A stretch of 64,000 nucleotides of DNA from an uncultured Oscillospiraceae bacterium (lineage in GTDB: Bacteria > Bacillota > Clostridia > Oscillospirales > Oscillospiraceae). Shown in pieces: positions 1 to 14,035 of this stretch. Made by a program: the position numbers and the translations under genes. Location of the stretch: assembly GCA_947632005.1 (NCBI GenBank), contig CANRNU010000003.1:27773-91772 (forward strand). Direction: 5' to 3'. The notes beneath the pieces were generated by a model. That model was given only the letters and a program-made list of their open reading frames with translations. It ran no database searches and was not told where the DNA came from. The stretch's first letter is position 1. Each line of letters begins with the position of its first letter.

Positions 1-2743
<2,743 letters not shown>

Positions 2744-2754
<11 letters not shown>

Positions 2755-3514
2755 TGGCCGCACCGATGATGTCCGCGAATTCCATCTTCAGGCTGGCGCC
2801 GCCGATGAGGCCGCCGTCGATGTCCGGCTGGGCCAGGAGCTCAGCGGCGTTCTTGCCGTTCATGCTGCCGCCGTACAGGACCTGCACGCCCTTCGCCAGC
2901 TCCTCGCCATACAGGCCGGCCAGGACCTTGCGGATGTGGCCGCAGACCTCCTGGGCCTGCTCCGCGGTGGCGGTGCGGCCGGTGCCGATGGCCCAGATGG
3001 GCTCATAGGCGATGACGACCTTCTTCATCTGCTCGGGCGTGATGTCCTTCAGGCCGCCCTTGATCTGGCTCTCCACAAAGGTCAGGGTCACGCCCGCGTC
3101 CCGCTGCTCCAGGCTCTCGCCGCAGCACATGATGGGGGTGATGCCCGCGCCCAGCAGGGCCTTCAGCTTGGCGTTCACCAGCTCGTCGCTCTCGGCGTGA
3201 TAGGCCCGGCGCTCGGAGTGGCCGATGATGCAGTAGTCGACCCCCAGGTCGGCCAGCATGGCGGCGGACACCTCGCCGGTGTACGCGCCCTTGTCATGGG
3301 CGGACACGTCCTGAGCGCCCACCTTCACCTGGCTGCCGGCCAGGGCCGCCTTCATGGCGGGGATCAGGGGGAACGGCACGCACAGCGCGCTCTGCACGCC
3401 CGCGGCCAGGGCCGCCTTGGGCTCCAGCTCCGCCCAGAAGCCGGGGACCTCGGAGGCCAGCTTGTTCATCTTCCAGTTGCCCGCGATCAGGGCATTACGA
3501 TACTTCTTCTCCAT
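2744..3514 (-). CDS. tpiA: Triosephosphate isomerase
   Basis: MEKKYRNALIAGNWKMNK...IIGHSERR...AYEPIWAIGTG...YGGS. Start moved to ATG 3514 behind GGGGGAG; the track ORF extends spuriously to 3553. Confidence 0.95.
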
Positions 3515-3534
3515 GATATGCTCTCCCCCTCTGC

Positions 3535-4803
3535 TCACGCGTCCTGCAGGCACACCACACCGGGCAGGGCCTTGCCTTCCAGGAACTCCAGGGAGGCGCC
3601 GCCGCCGGTGGAGATGTGGGTGATCTTGTCGGCGAAGCCCAGCTGCTCCACCGCCGCCGCGGAATCACCGCCGCCGATGATGCTCACGGCGCCGGAGTTG
3701 GCCACGGCCCGCGCCACGGCCCGGGTGCCCTCGGCGAACTTATCGAACTCAAACACGCCCATGGGGCCGTTCCACACCACGGTGCCAGCGCCCTCCAGGG
3801 CCTTGGCGAACAGTTCCCGGGTCTTCTCACCGATGTCCAGGCCCTGCCAGCCGGCGGGGATCTCACTGGAGGGAACGGTCTTGCTCTCGGCGTTGGCGTC
3901 GAACTCCTTGGCCACGACCGTATCCACGGGCAGCAGCAGCTCCACGCCCTTGGTCTTGGCGGTCTCGATCATCTCCTTGGCGAACTCGACACGGTCGGCC
4001 TCCAGCAGGCTGTCGCCCACCTCATAGCCCTGGGCCTTGATGAAGGTATAGGCCATGCCTCCGCCAATGATGATCTTGTCGGCCTTGGTCAGCAGGTTCT
4101 CGATGACGGGGATCTTATCGGAGACCTTGGCGCCGCCCAGGATGGCCACGAAGGGGCGGGCGGGGTCGTCCAGGGCCTTGCCCATGACGGACAGCTCCTT
4201 GCCGATCAGGAAGCCGGACACGGCGGGCAGATAGGCCGCCACACCGGCGGTGGTGGCATGGGCGCGATGCACGGTGCCGAAGGCGTCGGACACGAACAGC
4301 TCCGCCATGTCGGCCAGTTCCTTGGCAAAGGCGGGGTCGTTCTTGGTCTCGCCCTTCTCAAAGCGGGTGTTCTGCAGCAGCATGATCTCGCCGGGCTTCA
4401 GCGCCGCGGCCTTGGCATGGGCGTCGGGGCCGGCCACGTCGTCGGCCAGAATGACGGGTTTGCCCAGCAGCTCGCTCAGGCGCTGCGCAACAGGCTCCAT
4501 GCGCAGCTCTTCCAGAGACTTTTTCCACTTGTCTTCGGTGAGAGAGGCAGGGTCCTTGCCCTTCTCAGCCTGCTTCTTTGCCCATTTAGAAAAGTCGGGC
4601 TCGGGCTTGCCCAGATGGGAACAGGCGATCACGGCGGCCCCATTGTCCAGCAGATACTGGATGGTGGGCAGAGCGGCGCGGATGCGCTTGTCGTCCGTGA
4701 TGGCGTTGGTCTTCTTGTCCCGGGGAACGTTGAAGTCGCAGCGCAGAAGGACCTTCTTGCCCTTGACATCGACCTGGGTCACGTTTTTCTTGTTGTAGTT
4801 CAT
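3535..4803 (-). CDS. pgk: Phosphoglycerate kinase
   Basis: [27 protein letters not shown]...; 422 aa; GGAGGAAA RBS upstream; gene order pgk-tpiA-gpmI-eno. Confidence 0.97.
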   Translation of the reverse strand: MNYNKKNVTQVDVKGKKVLLRCDFNVPRDKKTNAITDDKRIRAALPTIQYLLDNGAAVIACSHLGKPEPDFSKWAKKQAEKGKDPASLTEDKWKKSLEELRMEPVAQRLSELLGKPVILADDVAGPDAHAKAAALKPGEIMLLQNTRFEKGETKNDPAFAKELADMAELFVSDAFGTVHRAHATTAGVAAYLPAVSGFLIGKELSVMGKALDDPARPFVAILGGAKVSDKIPVIENLLTKADKIIIGGGMAYTFIKAQGYEVGDSLLEADRVEFAKEMIETAKTKGVELLLPVDTVVAKEFDANAESKTVPSSEIPAGWQGLDIGEKTRELFAKALEGAGTVVWNGPMGVFEFDKFAEGTRAVARAVANSGAVSIIGGGDSAAAVEQLGFADKITHISTGGGASLEFLEGKALPGVVCLQDA

Positions 4804-4830
4804 CGCGTATTTCCTCCATCAATAATGGTT

Positions 4831-5334
4831 TTAAACTTCTTCCATATCCTCCGCCACCGCCATGATGCCGGTCTGCATCAGGCCGGGGAACCCCTGCCGG
4901 CGCAGGACCTCATACAGGATGATGGACGCGGAGCTGGCCAGATTCAGGCTCCTGGCCCGGGGCTTCATGGGGATGCGCAGACAGCGGTCCCGGTAGCGCT
5001 CCATGAGCGGTTCCGGCAGGCCCGAGGTCTCCCGGCCGAACATCAGGGCCACATCCTCCCCAAAGTCCGCCTCCGCATAGCTTCTGGGGGCCTTGGTAGA
5101 CAGCAGCCACAGGGTCTCATCCCCGTTTTCTGCCAGGTACTCCTCCACATTTTCATACACATGTACATCCACCAGATGCCAGTAGTCCAGCCCCGCCCGC
5201 TTCACGGCGGCGTCGGAGATGTCAAAGCCCAGGGGCTTGATCAGATGCAGGCTGGCGCCGGTGGCGGCACAGGTCCGGGCAATGGCCCCCGTGTTCTGGG
5301 GTATCTCCGGGGCGTACAGAACGATCCTGTTCAT
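4831..5334 (-). CDS. trmL: tRNA (cytidine/uridine-2'-O)-methyltransferase, SpoU/TrmL type
   Basis: MNRIVLYAPEIPQNTGAIARTCAATGASLHLIKPLGF...SLNLASSASIILYE; 167 aa, the small SPOUT (YibK/CspR/TrmL) pattern. Confidence 0.85.
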   Translation of the reverse strand: MNRIVLYAPEIPQNTGAIARTCAATGASLHLIKPLGFDISDAAVKRAGLDYWHLVDVHVYENVEEYLAENGDETLWLLSTKAPRSYAEADFGEDVALMFGRETSGLPEPLMERYRDRCLRIPMKPRARSLNLASSASIILYEVLRRQGFPGLMQTGIMAVAEDMEEV

Positions 5335-5429
5335 ACAATATAAAACCGCCTACTTCTCCACTTTGCGGGTATCATTATATACTATCGCCGTTTTTTTGCA
5401 AGGGCAACTTCTCCAATTTTTTATTGTGG

Positions 5430-5458
5430 TTGAAAAATTTGGACAGACTGTCTATAAT
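5430..5458 (+). promoter_or_regulatory. Sigma-A-like promoter for the GT2 pair
   Basis: TTGAAA (5430-5435), 17-nt spacer, TATAAT (5453-5458), 17 nt before the GGGAGGTGA RBS/ATG at 5476. Confidence 0.55.
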
Positions 5459-5475
5459 GTCCGGGAGGTGATCTC

Positions 5476-6228
5476 ATGGAAACGCTGTACATCGTCGTTC
5501 CCTGCTACAACGAAGAGGAGTGTCTGCCCCAGACCGCGCCGGTGTTCCGGCAGGAGCTGGCGGACCTGGCCGAAGCCGGTCTCATCGGCCCGGACAGCCG
5601 GGTGCTGCTGGTGGACGACGGTTCCGCCGACAGGACCTGGGAGATCATCCGCTCCCTGCACGAGAGCGACCCGGCCTTCCTCGGTCTGCGCCTGTCCCCC
5701 AACCGGGGCCACCAGAACGCCGTCATGGCCGGCCTCATGGAGGCCCGCGAACGGGCCGACGTGACCATCAGCATCGACGCGGACCTCCAGGACGATATCC
5801 ATGCCATGGAGGACATGATGCGCCAGCACCGGCAGGGCTCTCCCATCGTCTGCGGCGTCCGCTCCAGCCGGGAGACAGATACCTTTTTGAAGCGCTTTAC
5901 CGCCCAGGGATATTACGCTCTCATGAACCTTTTCGGTGCCAAGCTCGTATACAACCACGCGGATTTCCGGCTCATGGACCGGGCCGCGCTGGACAAGCTG
6001 GCCCTGTACCACGAGGAAGACCCCTTCCTCCGGGGCCTGACCACCAGGCTGGGCCTTCCCATCGCCACCGTGGAATACAAAAGGACCCCCCGGGTGGCCG
6101 GGGAGAGCAAGTATACCCTGAAGAAGATGGTCAAGCTGGCCGTCCGTGGCTTCACCTGCGGCCGCTGCAAGCCCAAAGACACCCCCAGGCCCCCCGACCC
6201 GCACATCGCCGAGCGGCTTTTTTCGTGA
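5476..6228 (+). CDS. Family 2 glycosyltransferase (GtrB/DPM1-like), copy 1; lacks the usual C-terminal membrane anchor
   Basis: METLYIVVPCYNEEECL...LLVDDGSADRT...ISIDADLQDD...: GT2 DxD fold signature. 250 aa, ending ...PDPHIAERLFS. Confidence 0.85.
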   Translation: METLYIVVPCYNEEECLPQTAPVFRQELADLAEAGLIGPDSRVLLVDDGSADRTWEIIRSLHESDPAFLGLRLSPNRGHQNAVMAGLMEARERADVTISIDADLQDDIHAMEDMMRQHRQGSPIVCGVRSSRETDTFLKRFTAQGYYALMNLFGAKLVYNHADFRLMDRAALDKLALYHEEDPFLRGLTTRLGLPIATVEYKRTPRVAGESKYTLKKMVKLAVRGFTCGRCKPKDTPRPPDPHIAERLFS

Positions 6229-6308
6229 AGTTTTCGGTACCCTTTTCTCCATGGCGTCATCGCTCAGCATGGTTTCAAATCAATTTGTTAAAGAGGTAAA
6301 ATAATCGC

Positions 6309-7085
6309 ATGGTTAGAACCACCACTAAGTACATAGAAACACTATATATCGTCGTTCCATGCTACAACGAGGAGGAGTGCCTTCCCAAGACTGCGCCGGT
6401 GTTCCGGCAGGAGTTGGCGGACCTGACCGAAGCCGGCCTCATCGGCCCGGACAGCCGGGTGCTGCTGGTGGACGACGGTTCCGCCGACAGGACCTGGGAG
6501 ATCATCCGCTCCCTGCATGAGAGCGACCCCGCTTATATCGGCCTGCGCCTTGCCCCCAACCGGGGCCACCAGAACGCCGTCATGACCGGTCTCATGGAGG
6601 CCAGAAGCCTAGCGGATATAACGATCAGTATGGATGCCGATCTCCAGGATGACATCCATACCATGGAGGACATGATGCATCAGCATCAAAAGGGATTTCA
6701 TATTGTCTGCGGTGTAAAAACCGATAGGACAGTCGATAACATTCTGAAGCGCTTCACGGCCCAGAGCTATTACATCTTCATGAATCTTCTCGGCATCAAG
6801 CTCATCATCAACCACGCTGACTTCCGGCTCATGGACCGCACAGCACTGGACCGGCTGGCCTTGTATCGCAGAGAAAACCCTTTTCTCCGCGGCCTCATCA
6901 CCCAGTTAGGGCTCCCCATCGCCAAGGTGTATTATCCACTGAACGCCAGGACCGCCGGCAAGAGCAAGTACACCCTGAAAAAGATGATCAAGCTGGCCCT
7001 GCAGGGCCTCGCCTGTGGGCACAGCAAACAAAATAATACCCCCCCCGAGCCCGACCCGCACATCGCCGAGCGGCTTTTTTCGTGA
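6309..7085 (+). CDS. Family 2 glycosyltransferase (GtrB/DPM1-like), copy 2 (tandem paralogue)
   Basis: Same motifs as copy 1 (IVVPCYNEEECL, VDDGSADRT, MDADLQDD). AAAGAGGTAAA RBS. Same ...PDPHIAERLFS tail. Confidence 0.85.
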   Translation: MVRTTTKYIETLYIVVPCYNEEECLPKTAPVFRQELADLTEAGLIGPDSRVLLVDDGSADRTWEIIRSLHESDPAYIGLRLAPNRGHQNAVMTGLMEARSLADITISMDADLQDDIHTMEDMMHQHQKGFHIVCGVKTDRTVDNILKRFTAQSYYIFMNLLGIKLIINHADFRLMDRTALDRLALYRRENPFLRGLITQLGLPIAKVYYPLNARTAGKSKYTLKKMIKLALQGLACGHSKQNNTPPEPDPHIAERLFS

Positions 7086-7093
7086 AGTTTTAT

Positions 7094-7125
7094 CCCCTCT
7101 CCCTCGGGAGAGGGGTTCGTTTTTG
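7094..7125 (+). terminator. Rho-independent terminator after GT2 copy 2
   Basis: CCCCTCTCC / GGAGAGGGG stem (7094-7102 / 7107-7115) followed by TTCGTTTTT. Confidence 0.75.
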
Positions 7126-7271
7126 TATATATTGCAAGAAAATACGCTAATATTCATTTTTTCCTGAATAAGCTATTGTTTATTCACAAAAGTCGGAATA
7201 TAATTCACCCAACAGCCGAAACACGGCAATCCAAACACCTGATCGGAAATATCGAAAGGACGGATCACAAA

Positions 7272-8138
7272 ATGAAGAAGATCATTGCTATGCTGCTGGC
7301 TCTCGTCATGGTACTGTCTCTTGGCGCCATGGCCTTTGCCGCCGAGGAAGAGGAAGCCGCCGAGTCCGAGACCCCCGAGGTCCCCGATTATCTGCTGGAC
7401 CTGGATCTGGGCGAGTTCACCACCATTGAGGACGGCAAGCTCATCATGAGCACCAACGCCCAGTTCCCTCCCTATGAGATGGTCGCCGACGGCGATGGCT
7501 TTGCCGGCACCGGCTTCGAGGGCATCGACGTAGAGATCGCCTGGTATCTGGCCCAGGCCACCGGCCTGGAACTGGTCATCGACAACATGGAGTTCCCCTC
7601 CGCCCTGATCGCTGTGCAGGAGAACAAGAGCGACATGATGCTGGCCGGCCTGACCTACAACGAAGAGCGTGACGAGGTCATGGACTTCTCCACCAGCTAC
7701 GCCACCGGCGTGCAGGTGGTCATCGTCCCCGAGGACTCCGAGATCGAGACCGTTGACGACCTGGCCAACGCCGAGATGATCGGCACCCAGAGCGGCACCA
7801 CCGGCTACATCTACTGCTCCGACACCCCCGAGAACGGCGGCTACGGCGAGGACCATGTCACCGCCTATGACAACGGTGCCACCGCTGTCCAGGCCCTGCT
7901 CAACGGCCAGATCGACGCCGTGGTCATCGACGACGGCCCCGCCAAGGAGTATGTGGCTGCCAACCCCGGCCTGAAGATCCTGGACACTGAGTACGTGACC
8001 GAGGATTACTGCCTGGCCGTGGATCAGGACAACACCGACCTGCTGAACGCCCTGAACACCGTCATCGAGAAGATGATCGACGAGGGCCTGGTAGCCGAGA
8101 TCGTCTCCCACTACGTCAGCGCCGAAGAGGCTGAGTAA
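7272..8138 (+). CDS. Amino-acid ABC transporter substrate-binding protein (family 3 SBP)
   Basis: Start moved to MKKIIAMLLALVMVLSLGAMAFA (signal peptide) behind GAAAGGA. The mature part has the SBP_bac_3 pattern (FPPYEM..., LAGLTYNEER, GTQSGTTGY). It is followed by a permease and an ATPase. Confidence 0.9.
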   Translation: MKKIIAMLLALVMVLSLGAMAFAAEEEEAAESETPEVPDYLLDLDLGEFTTIEDGKLIMSTNAQFPPYEMVADGDGFAGTGFEGIDVEIAWYLAQATGLELVIDNMEFPSALIAVQENKSDMMLAGLTYNEERDEVMDFSTSYATGVQVVIVPEDSEIETVDDLANAEMIGTQSGTTGYIYCSDTPENGGYGEDHVTAYDNGATAVQALLNGQIDAVVIDDGPAKEYVAANPGLKILDTEYVTEDYCLAVDQDNTDLLNALNTVIEKMIDEGLVAEIVSHYVSAEEAE

Positions 8139-8153
8139 GCACCCGCTTTCAAA

Positions 8154-8182
8154 AGGGCGGCCATAACAGGCCGCCCTTTTTC
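8154..8182 (+). terminator. Intra-operon hairpin/partial terminator between SBP and permease genes
   Basis: AGGGCGGCC-ATAACA-GGCCGCCCT followed by TTTTT. Confidence 0.6.
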
Positions 8183-8221
8183 CCTATATCACCATATCAC
8201 CGAGAAGAGAGGTAAGCGCAT

Positions 8222-8989
8222 ATGGATATCGCCGGTCTGTACGAGACACTTTCGGCTATCCCGGCGGCCGAGCTGAGCGGCTGGCAGAGCTTCTTCGTCA
8301 GGTTCTACCGGGCCTGGTTCATGAATGGCCGCTGGATGCAGTACTTTGAGGGCCTGCTGTCCACCATTGAGGTGACGGTCATCGCCCTGGCCATCGGCGT
8401 GGTGCTGGGCGTGGTGGTCGCCATCGTCCGCACGGCCTACGCCCAGCGCCGCCCGGGCACCAACAATCCCATCCTGGCCGCCGCGGACTTTATCTTCAAG
8501 ATTTATGTGACCGTCATCCGGGGCACACCCATGATGGTGCAGCTGCTGATCATGGGCTTTGTGGTCTTCTCCTCCAGCCGGAACTACACCTTTGTGGGCG
8601 CCCTGACCCTGGGCATCAACTCCGGCGCCTACGTGTCCGAGATCATCCGGGGCGGGCTCATGAGCCTGGACCCGGGCCAGGCGGAGGCGGGACGCTCCCT
8701 GGGGCTGAGCTACATCAAGACCATGTGGTTCATCGTCATCCCCCAGGCATTCAAGACCATCCTCCCCTCCCTGGGCAACGAGTTCATCGTCCTTTTGAAG
8801 GACACCTCCCTCATCAGCGTCATCGGCGGCAAGGAGGTCGTCTACTTCGCCCAGGCCATCGTGGCCCGGACCTACGAGGCCATGTTCCCCTACATCATCA
8901 CCGCGATCATGTATCTCATCATGGTGATGGGCTTCAGCTACTTACAGAGCATCCTGGAAAGGAGGCTGCGTGCCAGTGATAGACGTTAA
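8222..8989 (+). CDS. Amino-acid ABC transporter permease (His/Glu/Gln/Arg/opine family)
   Basis: 255 aa, multi-TM, with the EAA-like loop (...[21 protein letters not shown]...). Confidence 0.9.
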   Translation: MDIAGLYETLSAIPAAELSGWQSFFVRFYRAWFMNGRWMQYFEGLLSTIEVTVIALAIGVVLGVVVAIVRTAYAQRRPGTNNPILAAADFIFKIYVTVIRGTPMMVQLLIMGFVVFSSSRNYTFVGALTLGINSGAYVSEIIRGGLMSLDPGQAEAGRSLGLSYIKTMWFIVIPQAFKTILPSLGNEFIVLLKDTSLISVIGGKEVVYFAQAIVARTYEAMFPYIITAIMYLIMVMGFSYLQSILERRLRASDRR

Positions 8990-9701
8990 GGGCCTGACAA
9001 AGGCATTCGGGGACCACGTGGTCCTCGACGGCATCGACGAACACATCTACCCCGGAGAAAAGGTGGTCATCATCGGCCCCTCCGGCGGCGGCAAGAGCAC
9101 CTTCCTCCGCTGCCTGAACATGCTGGAGATCCCCACGAAGGGCACCATCACCTTCAAGGGCGTGGACATCACCGACCCCAAGAGCGACATCAACAAGCAC
9201 CGCCAGAAGATGGGCATGGTGTTCCAGCACTTCAATTTGTTCCCCCACATGACCATCCTGCGCAACCTGACCTTGGCTCCCACCCAGATCCTGCACAAGT
9301 CCAAGGCGGAGGCGGAGGCCAAGGCCATGGAGCTGCTGGAGCGGGTGGGTCTGGGAGACCGGGCGGGGTCCTACCCCAGCCAGCTCTCCGGCGGCCAGAA
9401 GCAGCGGGTGGCCATCGTCCGGGCTCTGTGCATGGAGCCGGAGGTCATGCTCTTCGACGAGCCCACCTCCGCCCTGGACCCGGAGATGGTGGGCGAGGTG
9501 CTGGACGTGATGAAGTCCCTGGCCGACGACGGCATGACCATGGTGGTGGTCACCCATGAGATGGGTTTCGCCAAGGAGGTGGGCGACCGCATCCTCTTCA
9601 TGGACGGCGGCGTCATCGCCGAGCAGAACACCCCGGAGGAATTTTTCGCCAACCCCCAGACCGACCGGGCCCAGGCGTTTTTGGCAAAAGTGCTCATGTA
9701 A
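8970..9701 (+). CDS. Amino-acid ABC transporter ATP-binding protein (GlnQ-like)
   Basis: GTG start behind GAAAGGAGG. Walker [10 protein letters not shown], signature LSGGQKQR, Walker [12 protein letters not shown]. Confidence 0.95.
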   Translation: MPVIDVKGLTKAFGDHVVLDGIDEHIYPGEKVVIIGPSGGGKSTFLRCLNMLEIPTKGTITFKGVDITDPKSDINKHRQKMGMVFQHFNLFPHMTILRNLTLAPTQILHKSKAEAEAKAMELLERVGLGDRAGSYPSQLSGGQKQRVAIVRALCMEPEVMLFDEPTSALDPEMVGEVLDVMKSLADDGMTMVVVTHEMGFAKEVGDRILFMDGGVIAEQNTPEEFFANPQTDRAQAFLAKVLM

Positions 9702-9838
9702 AGACCGCTCCCGGGAGAATTTTTCCATGGCCGCCTGTCTTCGTCTTCCATGCCGATTCTCCGTTCGTTTAATTTACTAAAAAGAAAAAGCGCTGACCGG
9801 GTCAATCCTTGTCATTCCTACAAACTTTTTTCGGCACA

Positions 9839-9867
9839 TTGACTTTTGATTTTAAAGACACTATATT
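9839..9867 (+). promoter_or_regulatory. Sigma-A-like promoter for the liv operon
   Basis: TTGACT (9839-9844), 17 nt, TATATT (9862-9867). The 5'UTR contains the hairpin CTGGGAC-ACGCC-GTCCCAG (9890-9908). Confidence 0.5.
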
Positions 9868-9940
9868 TATTTTAATCTTATGTTTTCATCTGGGACACGC
9901 CGTCCCAGTGGAATAAAATACTTGGAAAGAGGTAACAAGA

Positions 9941-11092
9941 ATGAAACGCACTACCAAGAAGCTGCTCTCCTTCGTCATGGTCATGGCCATGATGATGAGC
10001 CTGTGCTCCGTCTTTGCTCTGGCCGATGAGGGCGAGGCCTTCAAGATCGGCGGCACCGGCCCCCTGACCGGCGGCGCTGCCATTTACGGCAACGCGGCCA
10101 TGAACGGCGCTCAGATCGCCGTGGACGAGATCAACGAAGAGGGTGGCATCCAGTTCGAGCTCCGCTACGAGGACGACGCCCACGACGCCGAGAAGGCCGT
10201 CAACGCCTACAACACCCTGAAGGACTGGGGCATGCAGATCTCCCTGGGCTCCGTCACCTCCAAGCCCTGCGAGGCCACTTCCGCGGAGACCTTCAATGAC
10301 CGCATCTTCGCCCTGACCCCCTCCGCCTCCTCCACCGCTACCACCGAGGGCAAGGACAACCAGTTCCAGATGTGCTTCATGGACCCCAACCAGGGCTCCG
10401 CTTCCGCTCAGTACATCGCCGATAAGGCTCTGGGCACCAAGATCGCCATCATCTGGAAGAGCGACGACGTCTACTCCAAGGGCATCCGTGACACCTTCGT
10501 GGCCAAGGCTGAGGAGCTGAATCTGGAGATCGTCTCCGAGACCCAGTTCGCCGACGGCAACGACACCGACTTCTCCGTGCAGATCAGCGACGCTCAGACC
10601 AATGAGGCTGACCTGGTGTTCCTGCCCATGTACTATCAGCCCGCTTCCCTGATCCTGGCCCAGGCGGCCGGCGTCGGCTACGCTCCCAAGTGGTTCGGCG
10701 TGGACGGCATGGACGGCATCCTGACCATGGAAGGCTTTGATCCCACCCTGGCCGAGGGCGTCATGCTGCTGACCCCCTTCAACGCCGACTCCGAGGACGA
10801 GAAGACCGTGGCCTTCGTGCAGAAGTATCAGGAGCTCTATGGTGAGATCCCCAACCAGTTCGCCGCCGACGCTTATGACTGCGTCTATGCCTACAAGCAG
10901 GCCCTGGAGGCCGCTGAGGCTACCCCCGATATGTCCGCCGAGGAACTGTGCGGCCTGATGATCGAGCAGTTCACCTCCATGACCTTCGACGGCCTGACCG
11001 GCGAGGGCATGACCTGGGACGAGACCGGTGCGGTCTCCAAGAGCCCCAAGGGCATGGTCATTGAGGACGGCGCTTACGTTGGTCTTGACTGA
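9941..11092 (+). CDS. livJ: Branched-chain amino-acid ABC transporter substrate-binding protein (LivJ/K-like)
   Basis: 383 aa. Signal peptide MKRTTKKLLSFVMVMAMMMSLCSVFALA, then KIGGTGPLTGGAAIYG..., typical of the Peripla_BP_6 family. Followed by livHMGF. Confidence 0.9.
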   Translation: MKRTTKKLLSFVMVMAMMMSLCSVFALADEGEAFKIGGTGPLTGGAAIYGNAAMNGAQIAVDEINEEGGIQFELRYEDDAHDAEKAVNAYNTLKDWGMQISLGSVTSKPCEATSAETFNDRIFALTPSASSTATTEGKDNQFQMCFMDPNQGSASAQYIADKALGTKIAIIWKSDDVYSKGIRDTFVAKAEELNLEIVSETQFADGNDTDFSVQISDAQTNEADLVFLPMYYQPASLILAQAAGVGYAPKWFGVDGMDGILTMEGFDPTLAEGVMLLTPFNADSEDEKTVAFVQKYQELYGEIPNQFAADAYDCVYAYKQALEAAEATPDMSAEELCGLMIEQFTSMTFDGLTGEGMTWDETGAVSKSPKGMVIEDGAYVGLD

Positions 11093-11104
11093 TCTGACCT
11101 GATC

Positions 11105-11166
11105 CCGGCAATGAGGCCGGAGCAGTGGTCCGCTGGGCTCCTGCTCCGGCCTTGCCGGATTTTTTC
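11105..11166 (+). terminator. Intra-operon hairpin/partial terminator after the SBP gene
   Basis: Composite stem CCGGCAA...GGCCGGAGCAG / CTGCTCCGGCC...TTGCCGG followed by ATTTTTT. Confidence 0.6.
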
Positions 11167-11210
11167 GCATCTCCCCCATCCCTCCAAATGACCTGTAAGG
11201 AGGCTGAACT

Positions 11211-12092
11211 ATGGCCTTTTTGAACTTCCTCATCAGCGGGATCAGCCTGGGCAGCATCTACGCCATCATCGCCCTGGGCTACACCATGGTCTACGGCATC
11301 GCCAAGATGCTGAACTTCGCCCACGGCGACGTGATCATGGTGGGCGCGTACATATGCTTTTACGCCATCTCCCGCTTCTCTCTCCCGCCCCTGGTAGGCG
11401 TCCTGGCCGCCATGGCGGTGTGCACCGTGCTGGGCATCGTGGTAGAGCGGCTGGCCTACAAGCCCCTGCGGGCGGCCCCCTCTCTGGCCGTGCTCATCAC
11501 AGCCATCGGCGTGAGCTATTTCCTGCAAAACGGCGCGCTGCTGCTCTGGTCTTCCAACCCGAAGGTCTTCCCCTCCATCACCGGCATGGGAAAGATCTCC
11601 CTGTTCGGCGGACAGCTCACGGTCTCTCTGGTGACGGTCGTCACCATCATCACCTGCATCATCATCATGATCGTGCTGACCTGGTTCACAGGCAACACCA
11701 AAATGGGCAAGGCCATGCGGGCCTGCTCCGAGGATAAGGGCGCGGCCCAGCTCATGGGCATCAACGTCAACTCCACCATTTCCCTGACCTTCGCCATCGG
11801 CTCGGGTCTGGCCGCCATCGCCGGCGTACTGCTTTGCTCGGCCTACCCCACCCTGGTCCCCACCACGGGCTCCATGCCGGGCATCAAGGCCTTCACCGCC
11901 GCCGTGTTCGGCGGCATCGGCTCCATCCCCGGGGCCATGCTGGGCGGCATCCTCCTGGGCGTCATCGAGATCTTCGCCAAGGCGTACATCTCCACCCAGG
12001 TGTCCGACGCCATCGTCTTCGCCGTGCTGATCGTGGTCCTTCTTGTCAAGCCCACCGGCCTTCTGGGCAAGCAGGTCAGCGAGAAAGTCTGA
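11211..12092 (+). CDS. livH: Branched-chain amino-acid ABC transporter permease LivH
   Basis: MAFLNFLISGISLGSIYAIIALGYTMVYGI...; 293 aa, polytopic. Confidence 0.93.
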   Translation: MAFLNFLISGISLGSIYAIIALGYTMVYGIAKMLNFAHGDVIMVGAYICFYAISRFSLPPLVGVLAAMAVCTVLGIVVERLAYKPLRAAPSLAVLITAIGVSYFLQNGALLLWSSNPKVFPSITGMGKISLFGGQLTVSLVTVVTIITCIIIMIVLTWFTGNTKMGKAMRACSEDKGAAQLMGINVNSTISLTFAIGSGLAAIAGVLLCSAYPTLVPTTGSMPGIKAFTAAVFGGIGSIPGAMLGGILLGVIEIFAKAYISTQVSDAIVFAVLIVVLLVKPTGLLGKQVSEKV

Positions 12093-12101
12093 GGTGAGAA
12101 T

Positions 12102-13188
12102 ATGAAGACGAAAACCAAGACGCTGAATAAAACCTCCCGTATGAACTTCATCACGTACGGGGTCGTCATAGTGGCCTACGCCATTTTGCAGACCATGGTG
12201 TCCACCGGCTCCATCTCCTCCACCCTGAAGGGCATGCTGGTCCCCATCTGCGCCTATGTGGTCATGGCCGTGTCCCTGAACCTGACGGTGGGCGTGCTGG
12301 GCGAGCTGAGCCTGGGCCACGCCGGCTTCATGAGTGTGGGCGCCTTCTCCGGCGTCACCGCTGCCATCGCCCTGCAGAACGTCATCCCCTCCGATGCCCT
12401 GCGGCTGTGCATCGGCATGGTCGTCGGCGCCGTCTTCGCCGCCATCGCCGGCGTGCTCATCGGCATCCCGGTCCTGCGGCTCAAGGGCGACTATCTGGCC
12501 ATCGTCACCCTGGCCTTCGGAGAGATCATCAAGAGCATCATCAATAACCTCTACGTGGGCGTGGACGCCAAGGGCATGCAGTTCAGCTTCCTCAGCGACA
12601 AGACGAGTCTTGCCGAGGGCGGAAAGCTCATCATTGCCGGTCCCATGGGCATCGGCGGCATCACGAAGCTGTCCACCTTCACCGCAGGCTTTCTGCTGGT
12701 GATGCTCACGCTGGTGATCGTGTTCAACCTGGTGAACAGCCGGTCCGGACGGGCCATCAAGGCCATCCGGGACAACCGCATCGCGGCAGAGAGCGTGGGC
12801 GTGAACATCGTCAAATACCGGCTCATGGCCTTTGTCACCTCTGCGGCCCTGGCGGGCGCCTCCGGCACTCTGTTCGCCATGAACTACTCCACCATCGTCG
12901 CCAACAAGTTCGACTTCAACACCTCCATCCTGGTGCTGGTGTTCGTGGTCCTGGGCGGTCTGGGCAACATGCTGGGCTCCATCATCGCCGCAGCCGCGCT
13001 GACCATCCTGCCGGAGGCCCTGCGTCAGTTCGCAGACTACCGGATGCTCATTTACGCCATCGTGCTGATCCTGGTCATGCTCATCACCAATAACCCCATC
13101 TTGAAGGGCTACCTGGACATGGCCAAGGGGAAGCTCACCGGCGCGGGAAAGAAACAGGCCGCGCAGACAACGGAAGGAGGCGCCGGAC

Positions 13189-13196
<8 letters not shown>
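12102..13196 (+). CDS. livM: Branched-chain amino-acid ABC transporter permease LivM
   Basis: 364 aa, polytopic, ...NLTVGVLGELSLGHAGFMSVGAF... Confidence 0.93.
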
Positions 13197-14034
<838 letters not shown>

Positions 14035-14035
14035 A

